Positions 60,001 to 64,000 of a DNA stretch of 64,000 nt are shown one piece after another (within the stretch, counting starts at the first letter, position 1; each line of letters opens with the position of its first letter). The position numbers and the translations under genes are program-made. The notes under the pieces were generated by a model, which was not told the origin of the DNA, ran no database searches, and was given only the letters and a program-made list of their open reading frames with translations. The DNA is from Klebsormidium nitens (taxonomy: Eukaryota > Plantae > Klebsormidiophyceae): NCBI GenBank assembly GCA_000708835.1, contig DF237081.1, positions 1-64,000 of the forward strand, in the 5' to 3' direction.

Positions 60001-63000
60001 CTATAGCGACGTGACTGCCGAAAAGTGCAGTATGGCTCACCGCAACGCCCTGAGCCCTTCCCGCATCGAAGCAGGGGGTGGTCTGGGACAGCCTGCTGAA
60101 GGAGTCTATACTGATGGGGACCGTACTTGACACCAACCGCCGGACGGGGTAGTCAACGTAGCCCACGAGCCCTGGACAGTATCAGAGTAGATGGATCAGT
60201 GCAAAAGGTGCATCTGCCTACATCCGCACCCGCATGAGTGAATGTAGACTAGGTCTTATCGGTTGAAGCAGCCAACCTTGTGGGTATCGTTTCTTGACAT
60301 CGCATCCTTATTGACCATAGCAAATGGTCCACTTACCATAGCAGATGCCCAGGATCAGGCCAAACACCACGGCAGTAGCGCCCGACCAGAGGAGTGCACT
60401 TGTGATCCTCTGCGTTGCAGTCCTGCGGGCACAGAGGCGAAGGGTATCAATGTCGGCAAAGCTTTTCCAACCGCGTCCTCCAATGAAACTTGAGGAGCAT
60501 AAGTGGAGCACAAAAGGAGATGTAGAGCAGCAACATTTGCTACTGGTTCGTCAACCAACCAAGCCAGCAAACGACGACACTGACCGAACAAGGATAGAGA
60601 GAGGCCCAGCTCACTTCTTCTAGCTGTGAAAAAAGAAGGGAAATGGGATGCATTTATAATGCTCCGACCAGAAGAGAAAAGAAACGTAGACACCAAGCAA
60701 AAGAAGAAGGAAATAAATCCAGCTCATTCCTTCTGGTCCACCTCGTCGAAGAAGATAGGTGAACGGGATGTGATGACGGTACAACCCTTCAGAAGGACAC
60801 AACAACGTAAATACCGAGCAAACTAGAGGAGGCTTAGATCCGGCTCACTTCTCCTGGTCGCTCGTAGAAAACTGCCGTGAGCAGGTCGCGTTGACAATAC
60901 AACCCTTCAGAAGGGAAAAGAAACGTAAACATCGAGCAGACCAGAGGAGGGATAAACCAGACTCACTTCTCCTGGTCCGCCTCGTAGAAAAAGACGGTGA
61001 AAGGGATGACGAGGAACACGAGAACCGCGTCGACGATGTAGATCGCGTACCAGAGCTCCTTCATCGGGAGCGTCAGGTTGCAAGCGCCGTTGACCACCTG
61101 GCTCTGGCACGCGTTGCGGTTGGCGACGTCGAGGGGCAGCATCAAGATGGACAGCTGGGCGACGGTCAGGCCGAAAACCTGGCAAGAGACGAATTGCTGA
61201 TCAATGAAGAGGGACGCAAAATGAGAACAAAAGGTCAGCCTCTCAGGGGGCCTTGATCCGGAGGATGGGTGAGAGCTTGTTGAAAAGGGGAGCTGCGGAA
61301 TGAGCGGGTCATTCTCTTTCTGGGGGGGCGGAGCACCAGGCAGCGGATTGTTCCAGAAAAGTCAATCGACGAAGTGGGGGATAGCTTGCTGGAAAGCGGA
61401 GCTGTGGGCAGCTAGGGGGCGGTCAGGCCAAACATTTGGCAAGGGACGGAGGGTGGATGCAATATCGTTTCAAGAAGGAGGGCGCTGATGAACCAAGAAA
61501 TAGTCTTAGGGAGTGGTGGCTGAACAAAGGCTGTTGGGTGAGAACTTGCCAGAGGAGTAGTATCAGAATGGACAGCTCTTTGTCCGTTCAGCTTCTCAGC
61601 TGGGCGACTGAGGAGCCAAGAGCTGTGGCGGGAAGGGCTGGTTTTCCTTGGGGGGGCCTGTTGATCGAGGGTAGAATCAGTCCCACGAAGGGGATTGTGG
61701 ATTGATGCAACGGGTTGGTCACAAACTGCGAATACTCCGCTCAAAAGTGGAGCTATAAAATAGACAGTTGGACCTTGACAAGGCCAAAATGCTGCTAACG
61801 AGGGAGGGGGGGAGGCAGAAAGCATGCTGGGGAGAGTTGACTGGAGAGGAAGAAACAGGCGCAAGGGCTCTGGAGCTCTATGTAAGGGTTGAGGGACTGT
61901 CGATCGTAAAAGAGAGCATCAAAAAGCACAGCTGGGCCTGTGTGAAGCAGGAAAAACGGGGGGGAATAGGGTGTCAGAGGTGATGCTAACTGAGCAGGGG
62001 GCCATAACAGTAAAGAAACCATCGGTTTTCAATGAGAAATTCATCGCCAGGAGGGTGGGACATTCTTTTCGAACTAAGGAGGATCAAGATTGACAACTGA
62101 GAGACGGTGAGGCTAAAGCCTGTGGGGGGAGGGAGCTGCAAAGATTAGGGAGGGGGGCATGCAGAGGGGACAACCACCCAGCTAAAAGGGCTCCCGAGCA
62201 GAAATCCAAGTGAAGTTTGGCTGCATATCTCAGGTGCCCAAAAGCCTAAACCTGTTCCTTATGACCCCAATATGATCTCAAGAGTTTTCCGCCAACTTTC
62301 CTGGACATTGGATCCACCAAACAAGGCCTTGAAGTTTAGCAGAATGGCTGGGAAAAGTGACAGGTGTCAAATTTGTTGCAATCAAAACCTCATATTAGGG
62401 GCTCCACCGCTTATGACCGGCCGAATTTTGGTATATAGGTAGGGGATGGCCCCTATAAGACGCCTACAAAATTTGGTATAGGCATACGCGGTGGAGCCCC
62501 AGATCTGTGCTCGCTACGATTGCCATTTTATTTGCCTGGGTGGTTGCCCCCTCTGGGGGCATGTTGACCAAGAAAACATAAGCTCCATGAAAGGGGGGTT
62601 GGCTGGTCAAGCGCATTTGTATTGGAATGGGGGAGAGCTTGGTCACAGGAAAGCAGTAAGGTTGACAGCTTAGGAAGGGGGGCCGGAAGCATGTGTTGGC
62701 AGGAAGTATGGAGGGAGTTTGAAGTGGGGCGGTGGGAAGGGGTGGCCAGGGCTGGGGTAAGCAGAAAACGTGAGCCCAGGTGTCCTCAACTACAGCAGGT
62801 GCACTATTTCAGTTTCTCATGAGCTGCCGGAGAAAATCGCATTGCTCATCAAAAATTCTTCCTCGTCTAACAATGGCAAGTCAGCTTGCTTGGGCCCCCA
62901 ATCTGCGCAAAGCGCCTCTCAACCAGGCCTATGCTTTCTTTGTCGTCCAGGAGACTGCCTCGCACTCCACAATGGTTCAATTCGAGCTTAGCACACAGCT

Positions 63001-63599
63001 GAGGCCCGGTGACCACAGGGCTGATTAAGTCTGAAGAACGACCAGTGTCAACCAGAAGCACAGGGATCGGCCCTCCATGCAAGTGTGCAACCTCTTCAAG
63101 AAGTTGCAGCTCAAGGTCATATGTGTCTCGGTTGAGTACACCCAAAATTTTCTTCTGCAAATGACTGGCTGAAACTGCTGTTGATGTATACTGAAGCACA
63201 AAGGGTTTGAGCAGAGGAAGTCGGGTTGTTGCCCCTGAATTGCTGGGGTGTATCTAAAATGGGCCTTCCACTAGTCATTTGAAGATGCAGAATGCTAATC
63301 TAGATCAAATTGTTCCAGCAGAGTGGCGCTCCGATGCAAGCACAAGCGATTCAAAAAACAGATATTGGCGCCAGTCTCCTGCTTGATTATTGCTTCATAA
63401 TTTAGGGTTTGCTGACTATGCAATGGATGCAGGAGACAGATCTTGAGGAACGAAATCTTACCACAATAAACTTGGGAAAGTAGGCCTGATTCCTGTCATC
63501 TGGATGCTGGTAGTTGATCAGCACATAGATGTTGATGACAACAACCAAAACGGATATGATCACCGCCAAGACTATAAGGAAAACGCTGAAGTCCGACAT
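54022..63599 (-). CDS. LMBR1: LMBR1-like (LIMR family) multi-pass membrane protein, 12 exons
   Basis: Motifs YQHPDDRNQAYFPKFIV|VFGLTVAQLSILMLPLDVANR, FFYEADQEK, IFGGIGIMCLPLD, MYPQGE, TIHPMK, TLMNSFLFNVALILLCS, NLRGIKYLF, AFGWRKRK. Exons include 63599-63462, 61178-60967, 57383-57146, 56602-56488 and 54145-54022. All junctions are in phase. The symbol denotes the family, not strict orthology. Confidence 0.95.
55785..56530 (-). repeat. LMBR1 exon 9 3' edge plus donor, about 7 decayed copies at about 98-100 bp period
   Basis: GGC(G/C)..CTCACTTCATG..ATGAGCAG variants at about 55788, 55890, 55990, 56092, 56193, 56297 and 56380; parent at 56480. Confidence 0.85.
56640..56760. repeat. TTTGGGCGAG-like 10-11-bp degenerate minisatellite in an intron
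   Basis: About 6 variants read directly. Confidence 0.75.
56855..57218 (-). repeat. LMBR1 exon 8 3' edge plus donor, two extra copies
   Basis: 78-bp copy at 56982 with 5 mismatches to 57141; a more diverged copy at 56857. Confidence 0.93.
57335..57810 (-). repeat. LMBR1 exon 8 5' edge plus acceptor, three extra decayed copies
   Basis: GGTACATCTCGGTCAGG..CTCGTCCTCC..AGCAGCTC variants near 57458, 57602 and 57752. Confidence 0.82.
60608..61000 (-). repeat. LMBR1 exon 2 3' edge plus donor, three extra copies (period about 113-121)
   Basis: CTCACTTCTCCTGGTC variants at 60610, 60723 and 60844; parent at 60962. The intronic TACAACCCTTCAGAAGG is also duplicated. Confidence 0.9.
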
Positions 63600-64000
63600 G
63601 GTGCCTCGTACCTAGACAGTGACTGTTCTAATTGATTGAAGGGTGCACCGCTGCAATACAACAGCTTCAACTGACTGTGATGGAATCACGCAACCCCAGG
63701 CAGTAACCTTAGGTTTAACTCAATCAACCTGCTGAAGCGGTCTCCCTAATTGCAACCCTTCTGCGCCCATCACCAAGAGAGGGCACATCGCAACTCATTA
63801 CCTACTTTCATAAATAGCAGCCCTAAGCGCTACAAAGCTCCACAGCTTGTAGACGCATGCTCCTGCGACCCCATCAATGCGCCATCATCTGGCTGCGCAG
63901 TAGCTGCGCTTTCTTTTTCCTCGCGATCCAACTGCAACTTTCAATTTGGCGCTTCTCTTGTATTTTACGTTAGAATTTTCTTCGCATATTTGTAAAATTT

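Overview
Eukaryotic nuclear DNA with many GT-AG introns. Land-plant-like IES2 and LIMR orthologues and the overall composition suggest a streptophyte alga, Klebsormidium-like; the organism is inferred. Gene models were assembled by hand with splice-phase checks. Left to right: an incomplete minus-strand gene with tandem duplicated exons; a Crinkler-type (CR) coiled-coil + P-loop NTPase + PD-(D/E)XK nuclease gene sharing a promoter block with that neighbour; an 11-exon secreted GGA(I/L)-repeat beta-helix protein; a small secreted PAN/Apple-like protein; a two-RRM organellar protein of the AT5G02740 type; an intron-containing tRNA-Arg(UCU); two hypothetical genes; a large probably plastid-targeted protein ending in a microexon array; INO80 subunit B (IES2); and a 12-exon LMBR1/LIMR membrane protein. 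The most striking pattern is that at least 10 splice junctions in 6 genes are echoed by 1-7 decaying tandem copies of the exon edge plus its splice site in the adjacent intron. Several copies have their own acceptor and donor and are frame-compatible, so they look like exons in the making or mutually exclusive exons. Most short ORFs in the supplied track are antisense or intronic shadows. No CRISPR array, rRNA or intact transposase/RT was recognised.
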